Source: Escherichia phage fKMPT1. From it: DNA of 64,000 nt. The translations under genes and the position numbers were made by a program. Location: the sequence record PP620640, one strand, 5' to 3'. The notes beneath the pieces are model-generated. The model was given only the letters and a program-made list of their open reading frames with translations, did no database searches and had not been told where the DNA came from. Positions 47,600-56,769 of this stretch are shown in pieces (the stretch's first letter is position 1; each line of letters opens with the position of its first letter).

Positions 47600-49330
47600 C
47601 AACGCAACGGGGCTAAATAGCCCCAGATACCTTTACAGCCCCTTTATATTGATTCGATAGAATCTATCTCATAGGGGCTTTTTTACATCTCTGTAATAGC
47701 CTCTATACAATCCCTTTCCTTCCCTTTCCAGAATCTATCCCACTAATTCGATAGAATCTTACCAGACCTTAAAAGTAATAACTCTATAGCTTACTCTATA
47801 GCCCCTTATCAAATCAACTTAAATAAAAGCCCATAACCCGAAAGGGAAGGGCAACCACTAAAACGCTATATAAAGCTCTATAACAGCCTTATCAACCTAA
47901 CTTAAGGGATTGCATTACCTCACCCTTAAAAGCCCTTTATAAAGCTTTCTAGGGGGGCTTAAAAGAGTCTTAAAAGAATCTTATAAGGGTGTAAGCTTTA
48001 TCATCTCGTTAGCTATCCTGTGAATAACTAAAAAGGGCTTGTTAGTGTCTTAAAAGTATGTTATAGGGGGCTGTGAAGTTACTTCAAAGTTACGTGAAAG
48101 AGGCTATAAAGTTACGTAAATGCTAGCCCCCTTAACATTTTCTTAACAATTTCTTAACAATCCCTACATAGTTATGCTTGTTAGCAACTTGTTAGCCCCT
48201 TGTTAAATCTCTGTTAAGACCACGTAAAAGCCTTGTAAGAGTCTTTGGCATAGCCTTTAAAGCCCCTGTAAAGCTCTATAAAGAGGTGTCTGTATAGTTG
48301 GGGTGTAATTACTAGGAAGAGGCTTAAAAGAGCTTACAAGGGGCTATAGAGAGCTTTTAAGAGGTATGTTTAAAGAATCACTAAGAGGGAAAGGGAACTA
48401 TAGACCAAGAGATAGTGACCATGTTAATAGCTTGTTAAAAAGATTAAACACTTGTTAGGAATTTGTTAATTATCTTAACAAAATAACTCTTAAAAATTAA
48501 CTTGTTAGCTCTTATTAGTCATCTGTTAAGACTCTGTAAAGCCTATGTATCAACTGTTAAGAAACTGTTACCCTCTTGTTAAAACTGTTAAGAAACTGTT
48601 AAGACCTCTGAAGAGATGTTAAAAAGGTGTAGTATCTGTTAAGAGATTGTTAAGGATATTTTAAAATTCTGCAAAGGGGATGTTACAGGGATGTTAAGGG
48701 CTACCAAGCAGATATACATCTTCTACAGATATTTTTCAGTTCCTTCAAAGACCCTAAAAAATGACTTGATAGTCCTATTTTATAAAAATTTTAAAATTCT
48801 GAATAATTACCTAGACAGTCTTCTAAAAATACAGGCATAAACAGGCTTATAAGATACCTTGTTAGTACCGTGTTAGACCTTGTGAGATAAGGCCTGTAAA
48901 GATATTCCTGTTAAGTTTGTTAAAACAGTCTATATAGAGGCTTAGTAATACCTAGTGAACACCTATAGAGGGTAACATATCTAACCTAGAGATTAAGAGG
49001 TGTATAGGAGCTTCTAAGAGGGTGTAGAGAGATGGTTAAGGTGATTGTATAGGCTGTTAAGAAGGCTTGTTAGAGGGCTTGTTAGAGGGCTATTTAGAAG
49101 GTTTATACAGAGGAGCTATTAAGACCACTAGATAGAGACTAAGATACTATATAGTACTATATAACTATATATATAGAGAGTAAGCTTAAGAAGGATGTTA
49201 AGAAGGATAGATATTTTATTCACATATGATGGTGACCCAGAGGTTGGGACAACCGATAAAATTTTATAAAAATTATAAATTTCGTAAAATTTACTCAATA
49301 AAAAGCCCCCAATTAAGGAGGCTCTTAAGA
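47600..49330. repeat. ORF-free repeat-dense region (TGTTAAG / CTTGTTAG motif clusters)
   Basis: no ORF of 60 aa or more on either strand for 1.7 kb; dozens of short direct repeats; lies between convergent transcription units. Confidence 0.7.
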
Positions 49331-49334
49331 TATT

Positions 49335-49928
49335 TTAAACCAGTGTTTCCAGAACTGTCTTCAGTGATGACTTTGTTGTCTGATAAAAATGAGTAAATCC
49401 ATTGTTGTTATCAAATACCTGCATCATGATATCATCTCCCTTGATTGGGTACACTCGGATATCATAGTGAAAACCATTAAATACAGCAGAACCATTACAG
49501 AATGCTCGAAAGTCATCCACTGAGATATACTCTTCATGACCTGTGATTTTTATACAAACACCTTTACTCGGTCTCTTAGGGTTGATATCTTCCATCACAG
49601 ACATACTCTGTCCACCAAGAGATACCAGAGTGACCACTTTACGGTTCTTCTGTCTAAAGTACATCTTAACTTTCTGCAAAGTGTGTTCATAGAACGGATA
49701 AGATTTCTCTACAAATATTCCTTCAAGTGGCTCTTTACCATTTACAATACCCCTAGTATGCCGTACTGCGAAGATAAGTTGCTTTAGTGTGTCAAGATTT
49801 TCTTCGGATAGTGCTTCCCGAATATCATTCCAGTCAAGGACTAGGTAGTTACCTTCAACATCTTTTAAATTATCTTTTTCCATAGCTATCACACCATTAT
49901 CGTAAAACTTGGTAAGCTGGTACTGCAA
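49335..49928 (-). CDS. hypothetical protein
   Basis: 197-aa ORF. Confidence 0.55.
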   Translation of the reverse strand: MQYQLTKFYDNGVIAMEKDNLKDVEGNYLVLDWNDIREALSEENLDTLKQLIFAVRHTRGIVNGKEPLEGIFVEKSYPFYEHTLQKVKMYFRQKNRKVVTLVSLGGQSMSVMEDINPKRPSKGVCIKITGHEEYISVDDFRAFCNGSAVFNGFHYDIRVYPIKGDDIMMQVFDNNNGFTHFYQTTKSSLKTVLETLV

Positions 49929-50361
49929 ACTTGTTGCCGTTGTTCTTAATGAGGTCTTCTTCTGTTACTAGGAATGTAATCCCACACAAGTGTGTGTATT
50001 GGCTGTCATACTCAAATATTTTAAGTAAGTATTTACCATCGTGATAAACAAATTCTACTACACCTTTTGCAACAATCTTTCCAGTCTTGAAATCTTTAAG
50101 AGAGTATACATTACCAACTTCAGGGGCTGTTTTCATCTCAGGTTCTTTTAGTTTCTCACTAACTTCTACATCACCTAGTAAGTTAGAACTTTCAAAAGCT
50201 CTGAATCTCATATAAGCTTCTGAACATTCCCAGATAAAACAATGTACAAGAACCTTAGCAGCATGTCTTGAGCAATTCAACTCATCACAGATTTCTTTGT
50301 ACATTTCATCTTTAGTTGAATTGGTAAGCATTGCTTTTCGAACTGTTTCTTTAATTTTCAT
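49897..50361 (-). CDS. hypothetical protein
   Basis: 154-aa ORF with AGGAGG RBS. Confidence 0.55.
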   Translation of the reverse strand: MKIKETVRKAMLTNSTKDEMYKEICDELNCSRHAAKVLVHCFIWECSEAYMRFRAFESSNLLGDVEVSEKLKEPEMKTAPEVGNVYSLKDFKTGKIVAKGVVEFVYHDGKYLLKIFEYDSQYTHLCGITFLVTEEDLIKNNGNKFAVPAYQVLR

Positions 50362-50414
50362 TTTGCTACCTCCTAAGTTTCTATAAAGGGGCTATCAAGT
50401 AACCCCTCAAGTTA

Positions 50415-50639
50415 CTACTCAGACTTTTCAGTCTTCTTATCGGATTTCTTACTAGTCTTCTTCTCAGCTTTCTGCTCAGGTTCCTTCTCAGAAGTTGCCT
50501 TGATAACCATATCAAGAAGCTCTGATACGTCACTCTTCAGCAGAGTAACAGGCTGCTCATTGTAGAAGTTTTTGTCAAGATAAACTTTGAACTCTTCAAT
50601 AGAAGGAAATCCAAAAATTGGTACAGGTGTCTTAATCAT
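50415..50639 (-). CDS. hypothetical small protein with lysine-rich C-terminus
   Basis: 74-aa ORF. Confidence 0.45.
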   Translation of the reverse strand: MIKTPVPIFGFPSIEEFKVYLDKNFYNEQPVTLLKSDVSELLDMVIKATSEKEPEQKAEKKTSKKSDKKTEKSE

Positions 50640-50715
50640 TACTTAGTCTCTCCATAGGCATCTTTCAAGATTGCCTTGTTAATCATTTCAGCGATTGCAA
50701 AACGAACACATACAG

Positions 50716-51249
50716 CTATAATTGTAGGTTGCATTCTTTACTTACCTCTTCAAGTTTAACCTCAGAGTCCTTAAGTCGTTTCTTATGAACTCTGAATCTC
50801 ATTAGTGCGATGATGATACCAACTAAAGGGACAACATACAAGTACCAAACATCATATACCTTTGCAGTAATCTGTGTAATGGTTAAGTCTTGAGCTATGG
50901 AACTGATTGTTGATACTGCCAGTAATGTTGCTAGGAAAAATGCCAGTACCATTACCGTACTTAAACAACCTCTGGCATGGTGTTCATGCTTAATGCACTT
51001 ATTCTTTTCGTCAACAACCCTGTTGTAGTCATTTGTAAAGTCTCTGTAGAAAGCTTTCAAGTATTCTTGACTGTAGCCTTCAAAGCAACCTGTACCGTAC
51101 CAATAATCACCACCAAAGTGTGCTATGATACCGGTATCCCCATTCGGTTTGGTTACTCTTAGGGAGACATGATGACCAGTCTTCTGGTAATCTATTTTGT
51201 ATCTTTCTTCGTAAATCATTTCCCAACCCCTCTCAATCGTTTGTTCCAC
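50716..51249 (-). CDS. membrane protein
   Basis: 177 aa; two central hydrophobic helices. Confidence 0.5.
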   Translation of the reverse strand: MEQTIERGWEMIYEERYKIDYQKTGHHVSLRVTKPNGDTGIIAHFGGDYWYGTGCFEGYSQEYLKAFYRDFTNDYNRVVDEKNKCIKHEHHARGCLSTVMVLAFFLATLLAVSTISSIAQDLTITQITAKVYDVWYLYVVPLVGIIIALMRFRVHKKRLKDSEVKLEEVSKECNLQL

Positions 51250-51449
51250 TCAAGGTCAACAAGTCTTTGCAGGACTTTCCCTCTAGGTGTTACACCTTTT
51301 AAATCTGCATCATAGCAATGGTAAAAGTCACCTTCAGCGTGTTTACCATAACATTTTCTGATATTCTGACTTCTACGATATTGTTCTAATAGGGACAGCT
51401 TGTAGTAATCTTCAACTGTAGTTAGTTTTTTCATTCTTTCACCACGCAT
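51216..51449 (-). CDS. hypothetical small protein
   Basis: 77-aa ORF. Confidence 0.4.
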   Translation of the reverse strand: MRGERMKKLTTVEDYYKLSLLEQYRRSQNIRKCYGKHAEGDFYHCYDADLKGVTPRGKVLQRLVDLEWNKRLRGVGK

Positions 51450-51507
51450 CTTCTCCAGAAACTAAAAAGGGAACTACCTCTCGATAGCTCCCATTATAGA
51501 TAATATT

Positions 51508-52098
51508 TTATACTCTGCAAGAGTATTTCTTAGGCATTAATGCACTACGTTTGCTGCTCTCTTCACTCAACAATGCGATAAAGTCATCACCTTTACCTTT
51601 CCACGGGCTGAATGAAGGGATATGCTCACGAATAGCCTCAATAACCGTCTTAAGTGCTGTATTTTTCATCCACCAGTCAGAGTCTGCTGATGCCACTACG
51701 TAGTATCCACCGTCATCAGTAAGGATTGGCTCTGAGATACATGGAGAAATCAAAGTTGTGACGATTGAACCATTGTTCATGTAGTATGTACGCTTAATAA
51801 CCTTTTCAAGAAGCTTGTGAAGGTCACCAAACAGTGTTACAAGTTCTTTATGGTCAATATCTTTTTCGAGACTAGCTCGATACTTCAATAGTGCAGCATC
51901 AACTTCTCTGTCATTAAACTTGAAGTACTGGACTTCATCAACAAGACAGACACTAATGTTATTAACATTCATAGTCAACTTACAGACTTTTGCAGGAGAA
52001 TTGATACTTGGTTGAAAAAGTGCAACACAACCTTCAATGTTCCCAAAATGTTGGACTAGTGTTACTTGTGGGATAATATCCTGTTGCTCTTCAGACAT
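51508..52098 (-). CDS. hypothetical protein
   Basis: 196-aa ORF. Confidence 0.55.
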   Translation of the reverse strand: MSEEQQDIIPQVTLVQHFGNIEGCVALFQPSINSPAKVCKLTMNVNNISVCLVDEVQYFKFNDREVDAALLKYRASLEKDIDHKELVTLFGDLHKLLEKVIKRTYYMNNGSIVTTLISPCISEPILTDDGGYYVVASADSDWWMKNTALKTVIEAIREHIPSFSPWKGKGDDFIALLSEESSKRSALMPKKYSCRV

Positions 52099-52442
52099 TA
52101 CAGTTTCCTCATTAAATACTTTTTAAGTTGTGTGTTAGGTTTCTCAAAAACTTCTATAGAAGATATCTTAACAGATTCACCACGCATACCAGTATGTTTG
52201 AAAATATAGTACTCTAACATACCTATGTACTTTGCTGGTAAGTCGTGTTTGACATACACCGTTACAGAATCTTCAAATTCAACAACCTTTGTACCATCTT
52301 TGTAGTTAAACTCTTTAGGATGGCTGTAGTTGTCGATATCATACATTAAAAAGAGTCTTTTCCGTTGCATGTCAAGCTTATTGGTTAAAGACTCTTTGAT
52401 ATCTGAGAAGTTTTTGTACACTGTGACATGGAGCTTACTCAT
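52098..52442 (-). CDS. hypothetical protein
   Basis: 114-aa ORF. Confidence 0.5.
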   Translation of the reverse strand: MSKLHVTVYKNFSDIKESLTNKLDMQRKRLFLMYDIDNYSHPKEFNYKDGTKVVEFEDSVTVYVKHDLPAKYIGMLEYYIFKHTGMRGESVKISSIEVFEKPNTQLKKYLMRKL

Positions 52443-52728
52443 CGTTAAACTCTCTGACGAAGAAATAGTTGACTTTGTTGTTACCTACCATAAGGTCAAA
52501 GCAGGTGTTCTCAAAAGGTTTGTTGTAGGCATCATATGAAGTGTACGTATCAGCTACTTGTTTAGTATTGAGCTTTTTACTTGATGGGTTTAAGAGGCCA
52601 CCATACAGTTTCTTGATAGCCTCTTCTACAACAGACCAGATAATTTCGTCAGTAATTTCTTCGTACAGGTCAAGTTCACGCTCTAGTGAGAAGTCACAAA
52701 TAGGGAAGATAACCTGCACTTTACTCAT
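52435..52728 (-). CDS. hypothetical protein
   Basis: 97-aa ORF. Confidence 0.5.
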   Translation of the reverse strand: MSKVQVIFPICDFSLERELDLYEEITDEIIWSVVEEAIKKLYGGLLNPSSKKLNTKQVADTYTSYDAYNKPFENTCFDLMVGNNKVNYFFVREFNDE

Positions 52729-53123
52729 TAACGAATAACCTGTGTGACTTGAATTGCTTCAGTTACGGACAATTCACCCACTTTCTCTTCTTTGATAAAA
52801 GTGAAGGTGAGTTCAACAGGTTCTTCCTCTTCTTGCTCAACTGGAACACCATTAAGTTCATCAAAGATTGATTGAGTTGTCCAGTCTTCACCACCATCTG
52901 GGTAGTGGATGGCATAAAGAGGAAACTCTAAATTGTACCAAGCAAAAACAGGGCAACCATCTGCATCATCTCGGCATCTGTGGAGATATGTGTTTGTACC
53001 TTCAAAATGCAAATGGAGATTACCATTCTTCTCAAAGAGAAGAGCATCTTGCAGGTCTAGTTCCTCATTTTCGCTGTAACGACTGACATCAACTTTAACG
53101 TGGATATGACTGTTATTATTCAT
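52728..53123 (-). CDS. hypothetical protein
   Basis: 131-aa ORF. Confidence 0.5.
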   Translation of the reverse strand: MNNNSHIHVKVDVSRYSENEELDLQDALLFEKNGNLHLHFEGTNTYLHRCRDDADGCPVFAWYNLEFPLYAIHYPDGGEDWTTQSIFDELNGVPVEQEEEEPVELTFTFIKEEKVGELSVTEAIQVTQVIR

Positions 53124-53514
53124 AAAAACCTCTCTCTGCTTGTTCGATTTTCGCTTTTAGAACTTCACACCGTTCAATGTGATATCTGGCTTCATGTTCA
53201 TGTGTCGCCAAAGTTCTTTCAAGAATGGTTTTATAGTAACCTGCAAGTTGCTCTCTTGTCAATGGATTCTCTGAAATAATATCGAGACCGCTTTCACCCA
53301 GAGTATTAAACTGCCCATGTTCATTTACATGATAAGTCTCAAACTTGAATAAACCATTATTAGCAGCTTCAATAGGTGAGAGTTCAACCAACTCAACGGT
53401 GAACATTGTATGCACTCTATCACCAACTGTAACAATGTTACTTCCAATGATGCGTACAAGCGAACCATTACGAGTGTACTTAAAAGTCCCAAAGTCACTA
53501 GCCCAAAGCTTCAT
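53116..53514 (-). CDS. hypothetical protein
   Basis: 132-aa ORF. Confidence 0.5.
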   Translation of the reverse strand: MKLWASDFGTFKYTRNGSLVRIIGSNIVTVGDRVHTMFTVELVELSPIEAANNGLFKFETYHVNEHGQFNTLGESGLDIISENPLTREQLAGYYKTILERTLATHEHEARYHIERCEVLKAKIEQAERGFYE

Positions 53515-53533
53515 AGTTTTCTCCTTAGAAAAT

Positions 53534-53556
53534 AAAAAAGGCTCCCGAAGGAGCCT
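53534..53556 (-). terminator. rho-independent terminator
   Basis: on minus strand ggctcc-ttcg-ggagcc + TTTTTT just downstream of lysozyme gene. Confidence 0.6.
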
Positions 53557-53565
53557 ATGAAGATA

Positions 53566-54030
53566 TTACTTTGGGTATACGCTGTCAAGATAAATGTCAG
53601 CTTCCATTCTACGTCTGTTTTTAAGACCGTTTGAGGTGACCTTCTTACCTTTGACTGTAACCTTGTTCCACCACTGCATAGCTTCTGCACAACCTACCTT
53701 ATTACAAGCATTGTGGCGCTTGATAAATGTAGAATCCTGCATAGCTGTGATACCGATGTTGTATGTTTCACTTACAAGTGCATCGAACTCATTCTGAGAA
53801 GTTGGAACCTTGATAGCTTTGTTCACTGCTGCAACAAACTTTTCAACATCTGCGAGAAGATACTGTTCGGCTTGTTCAGCAGTAATTTTCATACCCATCT
53901 TAACAGGTTTACCAGAAATACTGGTTGTCCCATACCCAATTGTAGGGATTCCAGCAGAGTCTTCGTAAGCCTCTAACTTCAGACCTTCAAAGAACTTAAT
54001 AGCTTCTAAACCTTTTCTTGAGAGTTGCAT
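53566..54030 (-). CDS. lysozyme (T4 e-type, GH24) endolysin
   Basis: KGLEAIKFFEGLKLEAYEDSAGIPTIGYGT matches catalytic N-terminus of T4-type lysozymes. Confidence 0.8.
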   Translation of the reverse strand: MQLSRKGLEAIKFFEGLKLEAYEDSAGIPTIGYGTTSISGKPVKMGMKITAEQAEQYLLADVEKFVAAVNKAIKVPTSQNEFDALVSETYNIGITAMQDSTFIKRHNACNKVGCAEAMQWWNKVTVKGKKVTSNGLKNRRRMEADIYLDSVYPK

Positions 54031-54914
54031 TATGCCTCCCCTGTTGGGTTAACTGTAACTGTTGCCGCATTAGATGTTACAGAGCCACCTGCACCAGTTA
54101 CTACACAAGTGTAGCTCCCTGCATCAGCAGCAGTTGCACCTTCTTTGGTGTAAGTTGCAGCAGTTGCGTCTGGGATGACTTCCTCACCTTTCTTCCACTG
54201 GTAACCTGTTGCACCAGTTGCCACAACATTCAGCGTTAAGGTCTCACCTTCAGTGATTTCTTGATTTGCTGGCTGTTGAGTGATTACAGGAAGAGCATTC
54301 ACAGTAACTGTTGCCGCATCTGAAGTAACACTTGTCCCAGCCTCTCCAGATACAACACAAGTGTATGAACCAGCATCGGCAGGTACTACAGATTGTTTTG
54401 TGTAAGTTGCAGAAGTGGCACTAGGGATGTCCTCACCACCCTTCTTCCACTGATATCCAGTGGCGTTAGTTGCGACAACGCTTAAGGTAAGTGTGCCACC
54501 CTCATTGACTGTTTGGTTTGTTGGTTGCTGAGTGATTGCTGGTGGCTTAATGGCATCCTTCAACTTAGCATTCAACATTGAGAACGGTTTAACCCTTGCC
54601 AGCCATTCACAATAAACTGTATCAACATCTTTACCATTGATAATTGCATACTGTAAATCCATGAAGAAATCAGCAGTTCTCATCTGTGCACCAACACTGT
54701 AAAGGAGTTCATCACTAAAAGGAACTTTGTAGTCTGGTTTGTAGTCAAACTTCTTAACCTCTGCAATATCAGCTTCAGGCCAATATGAGCTATAGGTTAG
54801 TGGTAAAATAGCTTCTTGATACGCTCTAAAATCATATCTCTTACCAGCTTTTACGTTTGCAACGAAACCTTTTACAAACTCTTTGAAGTCTGGGTAAGTC
54901 TTTGCTTTAATCAT
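54030..54914 (-). CDS. Ig-like repeat protein (possible virion decoration/adhesin)
   Basis: two tandem ~85-aa repeats QQP.NQ...EG.TLTL.VVATGATGYQWKKG...YTCVV...VTVN. Confidence 0.55.
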   Translation of the reverse strand: MIKAKTYPDFKEFVKGFVANVKAGKRYDFRAYQEAILPLTYSSYWPEADIAEVKKFDYKPDYKVPFSDELLYSVGAQMRTADFFMDLQYAIINGKDVDTVYCEWLARVKPFSMLNAKLKDAIKPPAITQQPTNQTVNEGGTLTLSVVATNATGYQWKKGGEDIPSATSATYTKQSVVPADAGSYTCVVSGEAGTSVTSDAATVTVNALPVITQQPANQEITEGETLTLNVVATGATGYQWKKGEEVIPDATAATYTKEGATAADAGSYTCVVTGAGGSVTSNAATVTVNPTGEA

Positions 54915-55106
54915 TTCTTTTTAGCCTCTAAATGTGCGTTTAATCTCAAATAAACTTTATGTAGTGGGACACATCACCAACAATGATGTTCTTCACTATT
55001 TCACGGAATTGATGTGTAGTTGTGGGAGCAATAAAAGTCTTTTACACTTTTACCTTTATAGGGTGTGCTTATAAATAATTAAAGGGGCATCAGCCCCTAT
55101 TCACAC

Positions 55107-55697
55107 TTAAGCTTTAGTCTTAAGTAGGTTCTTAAGTTTTTTGAGATTCATACTCTCATCAAACTTAAAACCAAATCCATTGACATAATCAATGAACTCG
55201 GATTTCTTACTGAGTGACAATGCGTAACTCATATCAAAGTTCTTACTTGTTTCTGCGTCTGGACTAGAGTTCACATCAAATGAAATTTCTGTAGGCTCAA
55301 GCTTGCCACTTCCCATATTATCAATTAATAGACATGTATAGTTTGCTGGATAGAAGTTTACACTGCCATCAACGTAGCTGTACTTATTATTATGGATAAG
55401 GTTGGAAAATACCTTAAGAAATGTTTCTGAGTCGTGGCATACAAGCTTGAATTGACTACTTTCTCCAAGAGCCACTAAAGAGTAAGGGCTTTCACTATCA
55501 ATGTCATAGTTTGGATTTGATGTTGTAACCGTTACACGCATCAAGTTATTAGCAATAGTCTTCTGCTTAAAAGAATTTGGAACATAGTGAAGACCTCTAT
55601 CACACTGGTTAACTAACTCTTTCAAGAGGTCATTAGCATACGGTGAATTAATTGATACAGAGCCATCACTATTATAATTAAAACTTACTGTTAACAT
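55107..55697 (-). CDS. hypothetical protein
   Basis: 196-aa ORF. Confidence 0.5.
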   Translation of the reverse strand: MLTVSFNYNSDGSVSINSPYANDLLKELVNQCDRGLHYVPNSFKQKTIANNLMRVTVTTSNPNYDIDSESPYSLVALGESSQFKLVCHDSETFLKVFSNLIHNNKYSYVDGSVNFYPANYTCLLIDNMGSGKLEPTEISFDVNSSPDAETSKNFDMSYALSLSKKSEFIDYVNGFGFKFDESMNLKKLKNLLKTKA

Positions 55698-55924
55698 TTT
55701 TCAGTTCTCCTGCGGTTTATAATTTTGCTGCAATAGAGAAACGAAGTAAACTCACTGGAAGAAACCATTAAGTGTTGTTCACTAGATTGAGCCATTGCCC
55801 TGAAATACATTCCAGTCAAAGCATCGTAGTGACTATTCTTTCCAATTGAGGTTATATAGCCATGACTCTTTGCAGTTTTATATAAATCTATAATATCTGC
55901 GATTTCTAATTGGGAACTACACAT
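55691..55924 (-). CDS. hypothetical small protein
   Basis: 77-aa ORF. Confidence 0.4.
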   Translation of the reverse strand: MCSSQLEIADIIDLYKTAKSHGYITSIGKNSHYDALTGMYFRAMAQSSEQHLMVSSSEFTSFLYCSKIINRRRTEKC

Positions 55925-56316
55925 AGATAATCCTCTTGTCTTCTGTAATTTTGAAAGAACAGGTACAGACCAATTTCAGAGGATGAATAGTAGAGTAACT
56001 CTACCCTTTTTGATTCCTTACAGTGATTGGTATTTTTACCTTTCTTCGGGTTATTTGATTTTCTCATTAAGTCTCCTTTGTAGAACAAGGCAGACCCACA
56101 GCTTTAAGTAAGATGGTACAGTAATCCATACAACAAGTCAAGAACTATTGCAAGTTAAAAAAGTTGTTGACAAAGGACTTGACAAGGTGTAGGCTTCTAA
56201 ATACTTAGAAGATAACTTAAAAGGTTCCTCTAAAAAGGCTATTTAAACAGATATCTTTCTGGATATCTATCTTTTATCTTAAAAGCCTTTTAAGAGGTCT
56301 TATAAGAGGCATACCA

Positions 56317-56688
56317 ATGAAAAACAGAACAAACAAAGGCCAGTTTAAAAAAGGCCAATCTGGAAACCCATCTGGAAGACCAAAAGGCTCTCGTAACAAA
56401 AGCTCACTTGTAAAAGCTCAACTGACCATTGATAATTCTGCTGAGTTTGCTGCAAAGTTGTTTGAGGCGATTGTTACAAGGGATGCTGCTAAGCTTGCAG
56501 AGTTCGGTTTGACGACTGACGATGTAAACCTGAAGTCGATGATGGAAGCTGGTAAAACTATCATGACTCACTCAGCAGGTGAGATGAAAGCCATTGCAGC
56601 AGACACTAAGAAGACTCCTGATAACGGTGGTCAGTCTCAGACAGAAAACAAACCAACGTTCTCTGCTGTTGCAACGCTTAAAAAATAA
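56317..56688 (+). CDS. hypothetical protein with basic N-terminal GNPSGRPKG motif
   Basis: 123-aa ORF. Confidence 0.5.
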   Translation: MKNRTNKGQFKKGQSGNPSGRPKGSRNKSSLVKAQLTIDNSAEFAAKLFEAIVTRDAAKLAEFGLTTDDVNLKSMMEAGKTIMTHSAGEMKAIAADTKKTPDNGGQSQTENKPTFSAVATLKK

Positions 56689-56769
56689 TTTTAAAAGGTG
56701 TTGACAGACTCTATAAAGCTACTCTAAAGTCTGTCACATCAAACAACAAATGAGAGAAGAGAGTAAAAT

